Assembly (NCBI GenBank): GCA_963711835.1 | Contig: CAVQFQ010000005.1 | Location: 128,001 to 192,000 of the forward strand | Length of the DNA stretch: 64,000 nucleotides | Direction: 5' to 3' | Source: an uncultured delta proteobacterium | GTDB lineage: Bacteria; Desulfobacterota; RBG-13-43-22 | Shown: positions 50,698 to 59,788 of the stretch, one piece after another | Numbering within the stretch: position 1 is the stretch's first letter | Layout of the letters: each line of letters begins with the position of its first letter | Made by a program: the position numbers and the translations under genes | Notes under the pieces: generated by a model | Told to the model about the DNA's origin: nothing | Seen by the model: the letters and a program-made list of their open reading frames with translations, nothing else | The model's database searches: none

Positions 50698-51843
50698 ATG
50701 AACAGCGGATTTAAGACATTACCCGGCTCCTGGATTGAAATCAACCTTTCGGCCCTCCGGGAAAATTTCCGGACCATCAGAAACTTGACCCGGCCGGAGG
50801 CCGGGATTTTGGCGGTCGTTAAGGCCGATGCCTATGGTCATGGCTTGATCCCCGTGGCCCGGGAATTGATCCGGATGAAGGTCGGCGCCTTGGGCGTGGG
50901 CACGGTTGAAGAAGGCATATTAATCAGGACCCGGATCAAGGAGGCCGTGCCCATCGTGGTCCTGCTGGGTGCTCAAGCGGAGGAAAGCCCGGCCTGCTTT
51001 CATTACCGTCTGACCCCTATCGTCTATTCCTACCCGGTGGCCGAAAGGCTGCATCAGGAAGGCTTGCGAAGGAAAAGGCCTCTTCCAATCCATCTCAAGG
51101 TGGATACCGGCATGGGCCGCCTGGGGGTGCCCTGGAAAGAATTCGGAGGCTTCCTCCAGCAGCTCCGCCCTCTGAAAGGTATCCTCGTAAAAGGCCTGAC
51201 TTCTCATTTCGGGCGGGCCGACGAAAAAGGACAACGGGATAACCGACTCCAGTGGAATCGCTTTAAAACGGCCCTTGAGCAGGCCCGCCAACTCGGTTTT
51301 TCTCTGTCTGAAAACCACCTGGCCAACAGCGCCGCCCTCCTGAACGACGAAAAAACCCATCTCGACTACGTTCGCCCGGGGATCCTGCTCTACGGTTCCA
51401 ACCCGCTCGGCCCGCTGGCTCTTAAGAAGGGCTTCGACCTTAAGCCGGTCATGACCTTTAAGAGCCGGATCCTTCAGGTAAAAAAAATACCGGCCGGGGT
51501 GGGCGTCAGTTACGGGGGGACCTACCGGACCGCGCGAGCCGAATGGCTGGCCGTCATCGCCGCCGGCTATGCCAACGGCTACCTCAGGCAGCTCTCCAAC
51601 CGGGCCGAGGTTTTAATCCGGGGGCAACGTTTCCCGGTAACCGGCCGGGTCTGCATGAACCTGACCGTGGTTCGCCTGCCGGCCGGGTTGAACTGTACTC
51701 CCGGAGAGGAGGCGGTCCTTTTAGGGGCGCAAGACCGGGAACGGATCACGGCGGAAGAACTGGCCCGGCAGGCCGGCACCATACCGTATGAAATTTTTTG
51801 CCTCTTGGGGCCCTTGAATCCTCGAACCTATCTTAATCATTGA
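50698..51843 (+). CDS. alr: Alanine racemase
   Basis: AVVKADAYGHG, HLKVDTGMGRLG, RPGILLYG and GRVCM. Confidence 0.96.
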   Translation: MNSGFKTLPGSWIEINLSALRENFRTIRNLTRPEAGILAVVKADAYGHGLIPVARELIRMKVGALGVGTVEEGILIRTRIKEAVPIVVLLGAQAEESPACFHYRLTPIVYSYPVAERLHQEGLRRKRPLPIHLKVDTGMGRLGVPWKEFGGFLQQLRPLKGILVKGLTSHFGRADEKGQRDNRLQWNRFKTALEQARQLGFSLSENHLANSAALLNDEKTHLDYVRPGILLYGSNPLGPLALKKGFDLKPVMTFKSRILQVKKIPAGVGVSYGGTYRTARAEWLAVIAAGYANGYLRQLSNRAEVLIRGQRFPVTGRVCMNLTVVRLPAGLNCTPGEEAVLLGAQDRERITAEELARQAGTIPYEIFCLLGPLNPRTYLNH

Positions 51844-51880
51844 CTTAAAAGGCTAAAGGGCTTAATTTATATAATTCGTT

Positions 51881-52200
51881 GGTATCGTTTAAAAGTTGTG
51901 GCATTATATTTCTGAACCACGATAGAAAGGGACCGGGGGTTTTGATTTCAAGGTTGTCCACCCTAAACTCCTCACCATGAAATCCCGCTTTTAGCGGGAC
52001 TGGAAGAGTGACGATAATGCCTTAAGCAGGCCTTCACCAAAGCTCTTTGTCCGGTTGGGTGAATGCCCGGCTCAAAACCACCCTTAGAAATCAGGGCCGG
52101 ATTGGAGGGAAGGATCCCCCTTTGGACAAGCCTTGGAATCAAGACCCCCGGTCCCCAGTTAGGCAATAATGCCCCAATGCCAAAACTTTTGAACCATACT
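51881..52200. mobile_element. MITE D containing element B4, with 8-bp TSD AATTCGTT
   Basis: GGTATCGTTTAAAAGTTGTGGCATT ... AATGCCAAAACTTTTGAACCATACT. Direct repeat at 51873-51880 and 52201-52208. Confidence 0.87.
51929..52155. repeat. Element B copy 4 (227 bp, reverse orientation to B1)
   Basis: GGGACCGGGGGTTTTGATTTCAAGGTTGTCCA ... TGGACAAGCCTTGGAATCAAGACCCCCGGTCCC. Confidence 0.92.
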
Positions 52201-52236
52201 AATTCGTTAGATCATGTTGCCGGAAAGAATAGACTC

Positions 52237-53898
52237 GTGCGTGAACACCTAATCCAACTTCTTCAGGAAGCCTTGCAACGCTACCAGGCAGCCGGGTCCA
52301 ATCCGATGCCCCTTCAGGCTGCCGTTATATTGACGGTCCCCAAAAATGAAGCCTATGGGGACTATGCCACCAACCTGGCTTTGTCCCTGGCCAAGGACCT
52401 GAAGCAGTCGCCGATGAAAATCGCCGAAGAGCTGGTGGCTTATCTCCCCAGTCCGGTAACCTGGCTGGAAAAGGTGGAAGTCGTTAAACCCGGGTTTATC
52501 AACTTTTTTTTAAGAGATCAGGCTTTTCAGTCCCTGCTTCCCGCCATCATTAAGGCCGCCGGGCGCTATGGAGAGGCCTCCTGGGGCGAGGGAGAGCGAA
52601 TACAGATCGAGTTCGTCAGCGCCAACCCCACCGGCCCCCTGCATGTCGGTCATGGCCGGGGGGCGGCCTTAGGCGGGGCCTTGGCCAATCTGCTGCGAAG
52701 CACCGGCCATACCGTGGAAACTGAATATTATCTGAACGACCTGGGAACCCAGATGGAAACCCTGGGACATTCCATTCAGGCCCGCTTCCGGGAATTGAAA
52801 GGAGAAAACCCACCCTTTCCGGAAAACGGCTATCAGGGCGATTACATCCGGGAGATAGCCGCCGACCTGCAGAAACGGGTTAACCAGGGGTCCCTTTCCA
52901 AGGAGGCCTTGGATCTCTCCTTCTTTTCCCGTTACGGCAGAGAAACCATATTGGCGGGGATCCGGGAAGACCTGCAGAACTTTGGTATCCTTTTCGACCA
53001 CTGGTTCAGCGAAGAAAGCTTGGTGCAGCAAGGCCTGGTCAAGGATCTGATCCAAGAGATGAAAAACAAGGCCCTTTTCTACGATCAGGAAGGCGCCCTT
53101 TGGTTTAAAAGCAGTGCCTTTGGAGATGATAAAGACCGGGTTGTGGTTCGGAGCAATGGGGCACTGACCTACTTTGCTACGGATATCGCTTACCATCATC
53201 AAAAATTCGGACGAGGATTTCAGCGCTTAATCGATATCTGGGGGGCCGATCATCACGGCTATGTCCCGCGTTTAAAAGCCGCCCTGGGCGCCCTGGGCTA
53301 TGAACCCGACCGCCTCAGGGTCGTCCTGGTCCAACTGGTCAACCTCCTGCGCCAGGGGAAGCCGGTGGCCATGTCCACCCGGGCCGGTGAATTTGTTACC
53401 CTGCGGGAGGTGCTGGAGGAAGTGGGAAAGGATGCCGCCCGTTTTATCTTTCTAACCCGCCGGTCGGACAGCCCCTTGGATTTTGATCTGGATCTGGCCA
53501 AAAAACAAAGCAATGAAAACCCGGTTTATTACGTCCAATACGCCCATGCCCGGGTCTGCAGTGTATTAGCCCTGGCCCGTTCCCAGGGGATTGACCCGGC
53601 CGGATTGAAGGGCGGGAGCCTTTCCCGTTTGACCCTGCCTGAGGAAAGACGCCTTTGTAAAACCCTGGCCGAATACCCGGAGGAGGTCACCCAGTCGGCC
53701 GCCAGGCTGGAACCTCACCGTCTTCCCTTCTACTTGGGTGAATTGGCGGCCCAGTTTCATTATTATTATAATCAGCATCGCTTCTTGACCGAAGACCGGG
53801 ATCTGACGGAGGCCCGCCTGATGCTGGTCCAGTCCATAGGCATTGTCATCAATAACGCTTTAACCCTTTTAGGAGTCGAGGCTCCGGAAAAGATGTAG
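52237..53898 (+). CDS. argS: Arginine--tRNA ligase
   Basis: GDYATN, PGFINF, SANPTGPLHVGHGR, MSTRAG and YVQYAHAR. Start set at GTG 52237. Confidence 0.97.
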   Translation: MREHLIQLLQEALQRYQAAGSNPMPLQAAVILTVPKNEAYGDYATNLALSLAKDLKQSPMKIAEELVAYLPSPVTWLEKVEVVKPGFINFFLRDQAFQSLLPAIIKAAGRYGEASWGEGERIQIEFVSANPTGPLHVGHGRGAALGGALANLLRSTGHTVETEYYLNDLGTQMETLGHSIQARFRELKGENPPFPENGYQGDYIREIAADLQKRVNQGSLSKEALDLSFFSRYGRETILAGIREDLQNFGILFDHWFSEESLVQQGLVKDLIQEMKNKALFYDQEGALWFKSSAFGDDKDRVVVRSNGALTYFATDIAYHHQKFGRGFQRLIDIWGADHHGYVPRLKAALGALGYEPDRLRVVLVQLVNLLRQGKPVAMSTRAGEFVTLREVLEEVGKDAARFIFLTRRSDSPLDFDLDLAKKQSNENPVYYVQYAHARVCSVLALARSQGIDPAGLKGGSLSRLTLPEERRLCKTLAEYPEEVTQSAARLEPHRLPFYLGELAAQFHYYYNQHRFLTEDRDLTEARLMLVQSIGIVINNALTLLGVEAPEKM

Positions 53899-53908
53899 AG
53901 GGACAAAC

Positions 53909-54637
53909 ATGCCGCAACCCTACAACCGAATGAAACGCTACTTTATCGAACTCAGCCGGACCCAACTTTTTTTGAGTATTGCCGGAGCGCTTTTTATCCT
54001 GACCTGGGTCTTTATCTTGGGGATCATCGTGGGCCGGGGGATTGTTTCCGATACCATCACCCGGGCCTTTAGGGACCAGATCGCCAAACTCCAGGCTGAA
54101 AAAAAGGAATTAATGGACAAGTATCTGGTTCAGGAGCAACCAGGCCAACCCAGCCAGCAGGAAACCCTGAAACCCCAATTGGATTTCTATGATAAGTTGT
54201 CCAAAAAAGGGGCCGGCGAACCCCTGGTAACAGCGTTGCCGCCGACGGCCCCCCAAGCACCCGCTCAAGCGACTCCGGAACCGGCGGTCCAAAAGCCGGC
54301 CCAGACGGCTGTACCCGAAAAGGCCAAAATAGAAAAGAAAGAACCGCCGGCCGAGGCCAAGGTCAAGCGGGAGCCAAAAATTGGCCTTCCGGAAACCGGC
54401 GCCTTCCTTCTTCAGATAGGCGCCTATCGGGAGGAGGCCACCGCCCAATCCAGCTTTAACCGCTTAAAAGAGAAAGGCTATCCGGCCCAACTCAGACTGA
54501 AAGATATCCCTCAAAAAGGAGGGAAATGGTATCGGGTTCAACTGGGACCCTATAAAACCAGGGCCGAAGCTGAAAAAGTCCTTTCCAAACTGGCTCAGGA
54601 CGGCTTTCAGGCCCTGCTCATTTCAAAAAAAGATTAA
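53909..54637 (+). CDS. SPOR domain protein (FtsN/DedD-like)
   Basis: N-terminal TM segment, LDFYDKL, Pro/Ala linker and LQIGAY...WYRVQLGPY. Follows argS. Confidence 0.9.
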   Translation: MPQPYNRMKRYFIELSRTQLFLSIAGALFILTWVFILGIIVGRGIVSDTITRAFRDQIAKLQAEKKELMDKYLVQEQPGQPSQQETLKPQLDFYDKLSKKGAGEPLVTALPPTAPQAPAQATPEPAVQKPAQTAVPEKAKIEKKEPPAEAKVKREPKIGLPETGAFLLQIGAYREEATAQSSFNRLKEKGYPAQLRLKDIPQKGGKWYRVQLGPYKTRAEAEKVLSKLAQDGFQALLISKKD

Positions 54638-54649
54638 GGCCGGAGGGTC

Positions 54650-55105
54650 ATGATCCGCAAAGCCACCATGAGGGATGTGAAGCCTATTCAGAAACTGCTG
54701 GAGACCTATGCCCAGCAAGGATTGCTGCTCCCCCGGTCTTTGAATGAGCTTTATGGGAACCTCCGGGATTATTATGTTTATGTCCCGGAGGACAAAGAGC
54801 AGGTGGCCGGCACCTGCGCCCTGCACCTTTGCTGGGAAGACCTGTCTGAAATCAAGTCCCTGGCCGTTAAGAAATCTTATTCCGGAAAGGGCATCGGCAC
54901 CCGGTTGGTCGAGGCCTGCATTTCCGAAGCCATTACCCTGGGCTTGTATAAGATCTTTGCCCTGACCTATCGGGCCAGTTTTTTTGAGCGGATCGGTTTC
55001 CGGGTCGTTGATAAAAACCGCTTGCCCCATAAAATATGGGCCGATTGTTTGAATTGCGTAAAATTTCCCGAGTGCGACGAAGTCGCCCTCCTTCTGGAAG
55101 TGTAA
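54650..55105 (+). CDS. GNAT N-acetyltransferase (short ArgA-like)
   Basis: LLPRS, EIKSLAV, GKGIG, FALTY and LPHKIWADC..C.KFPECDE. Confidence 0.88.
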   Translation: MIRKATMRDVKPIQKLLETYAQQGLLLPRSLNELYGNLRDYYVYVPEDKEQVAGTCALHLCWEDLSEIKSLAVKKSYSGKGIGTRLVEACISEAITLGLYKIFALTYRASFFERIGFRVVDKNRLPHKIWADCLNCVKFPECDEVALLLEV

Positions 55106-55112
55106 ATTTTTT

Positions 55113-55204
55113 TAACCACAGCCCCGCACAGACAGATTTTTTCTGTCCGGCAAAGGTGGCCGGACAAGAAAACGGGTCTTCTCAGGTCCGTGTCCATCTG
55201 GGGC
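55113..55204. repeat. Degenerate inverted repeat with an internal hairpin
   Basis: GCCCCGCACAGACAGA ... TCCGTGTCCATCTGGGGC, with internal TGTCCGGC-AAAGGTG-GCCGGACA. Confidence 0.55.
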
Positions 55205-55223
55205 AAGGAATAAAGGTTTTTTT

Positions 55224-57743
55224 ATGTTAGGAAGTTTGATTAAGAAAGTTATCGGGACCAAGAATGACCGGGAATTGGCCCGGATGTCCCCGCTGGTGGA
55301 CCAGATCAATGAATTCGAGCGGGAGTTTCGCAAGCTGAGCGATGCCCGGCTTCAAGCCAAGACCGGCCAATTCAAAGAAAGAATCGCTCAGGGAATGGCC
55401 CTGGATGAACTGCTCCCGGAGGCCTTTGCCGTGGTCCGAGAAGCCTCGATCCGGGTCTTAGGCCTGCGCCCCTTCGATGTCCAGATGATCGGAGGCCTTG
55501 TCCTCCATGAAGGTAAGATCGCCGAGATGAAGACCGGTGAAGGAAAAACCCTGGCCGCCACCATGCCGATTTACCTGAATGCCTTAAGCGGCGAAGGAAG
55601 CCATGTGGTGACCGTAAACGACTATCTGGCCCGCCGTGACAGCGAATGGATGGGAGGGATCTATAAATTTCTGGGCCTATCCGTGGGAGTGATCGTCCAC
55701 GATCTGGATAAAGAGGCCCGGCGGAAGGCCTATGGAGCGGATGTCACCTACGGAACCAACAACGAATTCGGCTTCGATTACCTCCGGGACAATATGGAAT
55801 TTTCACTGCAGGATTATGTCCAACGGCCCTTTAATTACGCCATCGTGGACGAAGTGGACAGTATTTTGATTGATGAAGCCCGAACCCCCCTGATTATCTC
55901 GGGGCCGGCCGAAAAATCAACCAAGATGTATTATGACATCAATCAGATCATCCCCCGCCTGCACCGGGATCAGGATTACAGCATCGAAGAAAAAACCCGG
56001 ACCGTGGTCCTGACGGAAACCGGCGTGGCCCATGCCGAAAAATTATTGAAGATCGAAAACCTCTACGACCCCAAATATATGCTTATGGTTCATCATATCA
56101 ACCAGGCCCTCAAGGCCCATACTCTTTTTAAAAGGGATGTGGACTATATCGTCAAAGAGGGCGAGGTCATTATCGTCGATGAATTCACCGGCCGCTTGAT
56201 GCCCGGCCGGAGATACAGCGAAGGCCTGCACCAGGCCCTGGAGGCCAAGGAAGGGGTTCGCATCGAAAACGAAAACCAGACCCTGGCCACCATCACCTTC
56301 CAGAACTTCTTCCGCATGTACAAAAAATTATCCGGCATGACCGGAACTGCGGATACGGAAGCCCCGGAATTTAAAAAGATCTACAACCTGGAAGTAGTGG
56401 TCATCCCCACTCACAAGAAAATGATCCGCGACGATTATCCGGACGCCATCTACCGGAATGAAGAGGAAAAATTCAAAGCCATTGTCGAGGAGATCAAACA
56501 TCTGAATAAGAAGGGCCAGCCGGTTCTGGTAGGCACCATTTCCATTGAAAAATCGGAACGTCTTTCCAAAACGCTGGGGCGGGAAGGGATCAAACATTCG
56601 GTCTTAAATGCCAAGAATCACCAGTTGGAAGCCGAAATAGTGGCCCGGGCCGGCCAGAAAGAGGTGGTGACCCTCTCCACCAACATGGCCGGCCGCGGCA
56701 CCGACATTGTGCTGGGTGAGGGGGTGACCGAATTGGGCGGCCTTCATATCCTGGGAACGGAACGCCATGAAGCCCGGCGGATCGACAACCAGCTTCGAGG
56801 CCGCTCCGGACGGCAGGGAGACCAGGGCAGTTCCCGATTTTTCCTTTCCCTGGAGGATGATCTGCTGCGGATATTCGGGTCGGACCGTATCGCCGGGATC
56901 ATGGGCAAGATGGGCATGGACGACGGGGAACCTATCGAGCACTCCCTGATCTCCAAGGCCATCGAAAATGCCCAGCGCCGGGTCGAAGGCCACAACTTTG
57001 AAATCCGGAAGCACCTCCTGGAATTCGACGATGTCATGAACAAGCAGCGGGAGGTCATCTACGGCCAGCGCCGCCGGGTCCTGGAGGGAAAAGACCTCAG
57101 GGAAATGATCCAGGAAATGACCCAGGAAATTCTGGACGGCATCATGGACCTCTTTCTGAATGATAAGCTGCCCCCTGAGGAATGGGACTTTAAAGCCCTG
57201 TCGGACCGGCTCTTTCAGCAATTCTCGGTTAAGGTTTCCTTCCCCAACCCGGATGAAATTCAGGACCTTGAGGAACTGAAGGAAAAAATCCAGGACCAGG
57301 TCTGGGGGACTTATTTACAGAAAGTGGCCACCATCGGTCCGGAGCTGATGGCTTCCCTGGAACAGATGATCATGCTCGAGACCATCGATAACTCCTGGAA
57401 AGATCATCTGCTGAGCATGGACCATTTAAAAGAGGGCATCGGCTTGCGGGGCTACGGCCAGCGGGACCCATTGCGGGAGTACCAGCGCGAAGGGTACGAA
57501 CTGTTCCTGGATATGATAGAACGGGTCAAGGAACAGACCGTAGCCAATCTCTTCCGCATCCAGCTGGCCCGGGAAGCCGATCAGGCGCAACTGGCCGCCC
57601 GGGAAGAACGGCCTGTCTTCTTCAGTCATGGGGGGGATGAAAGCCCGGAGCCGAAAAAACGAGAAGCGAAAAAGGTAGGAAGAAATGAACCCTGTCCCTG
57701 CGGAAGCGGCAAAAAATATAAAAGGTGTTGCGGCCAGAAATAA
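55224..57743 (+). CDS. secA: Preprotein translocase subunit SecA
   Basis: [38 protein letters not shown] and [22 protein letters not shown]. Confidence 0.99.
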   Translation: MLGSLIKKVIGTKNDRELARMSPLVDQINEFEREFRKLSDARLQAKTGQFKERIAQGMALDELLPEAFAVVREASIRVLGLRPFDVQMIGGLVLHEGKIAEMKTGEGKTLAATMPIYLNALSGEGSHVVTVNDYLARRDSEWMGGIYKFLGLSVGVIVHDLDKEARRKAYGADVTYGTNNEFGFDYLRDNMEFSLQDYVQRPFNYAIVDEVDSILIDEARTPLIISGPAEKSTKMYYDINQIIPRLHRDQDYSIEEKTRTVVLTETGVAHAEKLLKIENLYDPKYMLMVHHINQALKAHTLFKRDVDYIVKEGEVIIVDEFTGRLMPGRRYSEGLHQALEAKEGVRIENENQTLATITFQNFFRMYKKLSGMTGTADTEAPEFKKIYNLEVVVIPTHKKMIRDDYPDAIYRNEEEKFKAIVEEIKHLNKKGQPVLVGTISIEKSERLSKTLGREGIKHSVLNAKNHQLEAEIVARAGQKEVVTLSTNMAGRGTDIVLGEGVTELGGLHILGTERHEARRIDNQLRGRSGRQGDQGSSRFFLSLEDDLLRIFGSDRIAGIMGKMGMDDGEPIEHSLISKAIENAQRRVEGHNFEIRKHLLEFDDVMNKQREVIYGQRRRVLEGKDLREMIQEMTQEILDGIMDLFLNDKLPPEEWDFKALSDRLFQQFSVKVSFPNPDEIQDLEELKEKIQDQVWGTYLQKVATIGPELMASLEQMIMLETIDNSWKDHLLSMDHLKEGIGLRGYGQRDPLREYQREGYELFLDMIERVKEQTVANLFRIQLAREADQAQLAAREERPVFFSHGGDESPEPKKREAKKVGRNEPCPCGSGKKYKRCCGQK

Positions 57744-58936
57744 GGCCTTCCAGGTCCGAGGCTTTCTGGGAGCTACGGTCAGGGCCGAAATCAAAAAAGG
57801 GGCCGTCCGTCCCGACCTGGGCCTGATTTTCTCCCGGGTTCCGGCCGCGATGGCCGGGGTGTTTACCCGGAACCTGGTTAAAGCCGCCCCGCTGCTGCTG
57901 GATCAGGAAAGGATTAAGGAAGGCCGCGGCCAGGCCCTCCTGGTTAACAGCGGCAATGCCAATGCCTGCACCGGAAAAGCCGGTCTTAAGGACGCCCGGA
58001 TGTTGGCCGGAAAGGTGGCCGACCTGTTGGCGATTCCGGCCGATTCGGTCTTCCTGGCCTCCACGGGCGTGATCGGACAGCGTCTTCCGGCGGCCCGTAT
58101 GGCCCGGGCCATCCCGGAACTGGTTAAGGCCCTTTCTCCGCTGAAGCTTTCCGGCCTCTCGGAGGCCATCATGACCACCGACACCTTTCCCAAACTCCTC
58201 TCCGGAGAAATTCACTTTGGGAAAAATAAAGCGGCCCTGGTGGCTATGGCTAAAGGTGCGGGAATGATCCACCCGAACATGGCCACCATGCTCTCCTTTG
58301 TCTTGACCGATCTGGCCGTGTCCCCGGCCCTGCTCCAAACCTTTTTGACATAAGGCCGTGGACCGGTCATTCAACCGCATCTCGGTGGATGGGGATACCA
58401 GCACCAATGACCTGGTCCTGGTCATGGCCAACGGCTTGGCCGGGAATCGGACTATCGAAAACAGCGGCGACCCGGGGGCCAGGGAATTCAGCCGGACTTT
58501 GGACCGGCTTCTCCTGGAACTGGCCAAAATGATTGTTCTGGATGGAGAAGGGGCGACCAAATTTATAACCCTGGAGATTACCGGGGCCCGGACCAAAGGA
58601 GAAGCGGATCTTCTGGCCAAAACCGTGGCCACCTCCCCCCTGGTCAAGACCGCTTTCTTCGGCATGGATGCCAACTGGGGCCGGATTCTGGCGGCCCTGG
58701 GGCGTTCCGGAGTTTCCTTTGACCCGGATCAGGTTGACCTCTATTTCAACCGGGTCCAGGTGGTCCGGAAGGGCCTCTCCGCCGGTCTGGAAAAAGAGCG
58801 GCAAGCCGGCAAGATCTTAAAGAACCGCTCTCTGACCGTCCGCATCGACCTCCATCAGGGCCAAGCCAGGACCCTTCTCTATACCTGCGACCTCTCCCTG
58901 GATTACGTCCGGATCAATGCCCACTACAGGACCTAA
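57685..58936 (+). CDS. argJ: Bifunctional ornithine acetyltransferase; frameshift near 58350, start uncertain
   Basis: NSGNANA, STGVIG, MTTDT and [14 protein letters not shown] in ORF 1. [22 protein letters not shown] and [15 protein letters not shown] in ORF 2. Confidence 0.92.
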
Positions 58937-59028
58937 AAACCGTTAGGCGTTAGAGCGTCAGGGGCATTGTCTCCTTTTCTTTGCTCCACAAAATAGCAAG
59001 GAATGGGCCGAATATGAAACTATCTGTG

Positions 59029-59101
59029 GCCGAACGCCCAGCTTGAGAGGTGCGAATGGAGCGTAGCGTAATGAGCATCCTTCTCCAAGCTGATCTTCGG
59101 C
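59029..59101 (-). mobile_element. attC-like site 1 (73 bp)
   Basis: GCCGAAC-GCC-CAGCTTGAGAGGTGC ... GCATCCTTCTCCAAGCTG-AT-CTTCGGC, 4 nt past the toxin stop. Extra bases lie on the gene-proximal arm. Confidence 0.78.
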
Positions 59102-59105
59102 AAAT

Positions 59106-59393
59106 TCATATTCGATCCTTCCAATAATCAGGTTTTCTGTGAAGATTCGCGATTGCCACAACCAGGATTTCTTGTTCCCGTATTTGGTAAAATTCCGTAT
59201 GGAAAACGCCGAGTCTGACATCGCCTGCCCGTTTTGAACAGGGATGCCATGCTACAGGAAATTCACCAATCCTATCCAGAGCATTCAACACCTCGGTCAG
59301 AAATGTATCGCCAAGACCAGAGACCTCGTAATTGTAATACTCGATGGTTTCATCCAACTCGATTTGGGCAATCTCTATAAAATTTATCTTCAT
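59106..59393 (-). CDS. RelE/ParE family toxin with an internal out-of-frame segment
   Basis: AQIELDETIEYY...GLG..F...ILVVAIANLHRKPDYWKDR. Confidence 0.85.
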   Translation of the reverse strand: MKINFIEIAQIELDETIEYYNYEVSGLGDTFLTEVLNALDRIGEFPVAWHPCSKRAGDVRLGVFHTEFYQIREQEILVVAIANLHRKPDYWKDRI

Positions 59394-59401
59394 TTTTTAC
59401 T

Positions 59402-59614
59402 TTACCTATATTTTTCAAGGACTTTTTCTAAAGATACTGCCTTGAGCTTTCCTTGATCATAGGCATCAATCCTATCTTCAGCCTCTTTAGCCCATAATTC
59501 GTCAATTTCGGTATCGGGTTTATCAAGAGTGGAAATCAGCTTATCGATGAGTTGTGCCTTTTCAGAAGGTCTAAGCGTTAATGCCTCTTTAAAAATATTA
59601 TCTGTGGTAGTCAT
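59402..59614 (-). CDS. Addiction module antitoxin component (TIGR02574-like)
   Basis: EALTL.PSEKAQL..L..TLD...WAKEAEDRIDAY..G. Upstream of the toxin. Confidence 0.87.
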   Translation of the reverse strand: MTTTDNIFKEALTLRPSEKAQLIDKLISTLDKPDTEIDELWAKEAEDRIDAYDQGKLKAVSLEKVLEKYR

Positions 59615-59668
59615 TTTATCCTCCCTACGGTTTCTTATTATTTTAAATCATTTTCTTATAATCATCAT

Positions 59669-59724
59669 GCCGAACGTACAAATCAGCGACGCCGGTAGGC
59701 GTCCGCTTAATTGCCAGGTTGGGC
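59669..59724 (-). mobile_element. attC-like site 2 (56 bp)
   Basis: GCCGAAC..CAAATCAGCGACGCC-GGTA-GGCGTCCGCTTAATTG..GTTGGGC. Confidence 0.8.
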
Positions 59725-59788
59725 GAATCGTGAGCCATTCGCACCACCGGGAGTTGCCTCATAGAACGCAATCAGCCATTGCCAAAAG

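Noticed and set aside
52063-52236. N-terminal extension of ArgS in the ORF track (likewise the L,D-transpeptidase from 19588, RecD2 from 16433, IlvC from 35920 and KorA from 22570)
   Set aside because: The extensions run through repeat DNA or a neighbouring gene. Family similarity starts at the downstream start codons.
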